Of a stretch of DNA of 64,000 nt, positions 62,658-64,000 are shown one piece after another. Where the stretch lies: positions 57,662,001 to 57,726,000 of the forward strand of contig CM052817.1 in NCBI GenBank assembly GCA_028534125.1, read 5' to 3'. The notes under the pieces were generated by a model. It saw nothing but the letters and a program-made list of their open reading frames with translations, made no database searches and had not been told where the DNA came from. Position 1 is the stretch's first letter; every line of letters begins with the position of its first letter. Made by a program: the position numbers and the translations under genes. Origin of the DNA: Lama glama. Lineage: Eukaryota.

Positions 62658-62949
62658 TGACTATAGCTTTGATTCCTTAATATTTATCAGGTAAAGGGAT
62701 TATAATTTGTGGAAACATACATATGTAAAGTGTGTTTTATATGCTTGATATGTTTTAATTCTGAATGTAGACCACTTTACATGAGGCCCAGCTGAAAGTG
62801 GAAGCATCAGGTTTAAGGTCTACCTGACATAACAGCCCTCATTCTTTCTCTTCTATTACAGCATGCTGCCCCTGAAAAAATCTCCATGTCTTTGTCATTG
62901 CTTTCATTATATTAAGTTGCACTACATATATAACTGGCAATATATGGAC

Positions 62950-63125
62950 ATCTATTTCTATCAGGAAAACTTTGCTTATGGGGCTTTGCAGAGCCACAGA
63001 TCTAAGAAGATTTAAAACATGTCCAGGTCTAGGTCACCCAGCCCACCAGCCATTTAGTCAGGATTAAATTCACAGTTTCTGTCTTCTGGACTCCTGCCTG
63101 TCTTTTTCACCTTTTGTACCACAGC
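62950..63125 (-). mobile_element. MIR SINE (degenerate)
   Basis: aggtcacccagc...caggattaaattcacagtttctgtcttctggactcc. Confidence 0.45.
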
Positions 63126-63266
63126 CTCATTCTCTGAGTGATAAATGATGGCAAAGCACGGCAGAGAAAGAAGCAAGGACACTTTTGAAGGAGTCATTTG
63201 TATGTTTCAAAGGAAGAAAAGTAATTTTACAATAAAATGTGCTCAGATACATTACTTACTTATATT

Positions 63267-63268
<2 letters not shown>

Positions 63269-63302
<34 letters not shown>
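63269..63302. repeat. (AC)17 microsatellite
   Basis: Read directly. Confidence 0.98.
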
Positions 63303-63304
<2 letters not shown>

Positions 63305-63890
63305 TATCATGAAAATATAAATGCAAAACTGTAAACCATACTATTCGGACAGTCTTCTATCATCACCCTCCCAGTCTTCTGGGGTAGAAACACTTAAGAC
63401 CTTCTGCGCCTGCAGGGACTCAGAGTGCATGTGTGCCTCAGCCCCTTACAAGCACAATATTGGAGTAACAACTTATACAACAAATATGACTTGTCTGTCT
63501 GCTAAATGTCAGAATTAGAACACTGGAGGCAAAAAACAGCCCCTGTGCCCTTTGTAAGGTGGGGTACAGAATTTTAATAGTTATACAGATAGATATATAC
63601 TTAGATGCTATATGCATTTTGAAGGGAATCCATGTGGTATTATGATAATGCATAAAATGGCAATTTAATCAATTCTGAGAGTCAGAGAAAACTCTTTAAA
63701 GAAGTAACATTTAATAAGAGAACTGAAAATTGAAAGGAGATTTTCCACCAGAAAGAAGCCTTGTGGCCCCAGGGGTGGTTTCATCTGAATGCTTGCCCGT
63801 TCATTTACCACCGAGTCCTTAACTGGAGTTACCAGCTGTAACACTTACACATCGCCTTCCATCCTGGTGACAGTTAAGTCCCAGACTGAC

Positions 63891-64000
63891 TGTACTAGTC
63901 AGGGCTTTCCAGAGGAATGGGAGCAATAGGATACAGAGAGAGAATATAAGAGGAGACTTAATGTAGAAATTTGGTTCCTGTGGTTATGGAGGCCAAAAAT
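63891..64000 (-). mobile_element. MLT2 (ERVL) LTR, truncated by the window edge
   Basis: tgtactagtcagggctttccagagg...caataggata...tggttatggaggcc. Confidence 0.8.

Overview
AT-rich placental-mammal genomic DNA, intergenic or deep intronic, made of three contigs joined by two 500-N scaffold gaps (19196-19695 and 36692-37191). I can support no protein-coding gene, RNA gene or CRISPR array. The ORF track consists of chance ORFs, N-spanning artefacts and decayed LINE-1 fragments. Roughly half or more of the window is interspersed repeat: old and young LINE-1, L2, MIR, MaLR/ERVL solo LTRs and hAT MITEs. Family names come from my recollection of consensus sequences, not from an alignment, so subfamily labels and most repeat boundaries are approximate. 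Young L1 3' ends, together with the absence of Alu, B1/B2, Bov-, PRE-, CHR- and Can-SINEs, point to a camelid (inference). I found no convincing new biological system. The best leads are: (1) a three-piece inverted L1 insertion with no target-site duplication (TSD) at 39729-40128; (2) a 21-nt minus-strand micro-exon candidate whose U14 tract is mirrored by an adjacent A14 (45792-45848); (3) two possible non-TE retrocopy fragments inside old L1s (1-300 and 58563-58658); (4) strong CTCF (6466-6498) and RFX (49047-49060) motifs.
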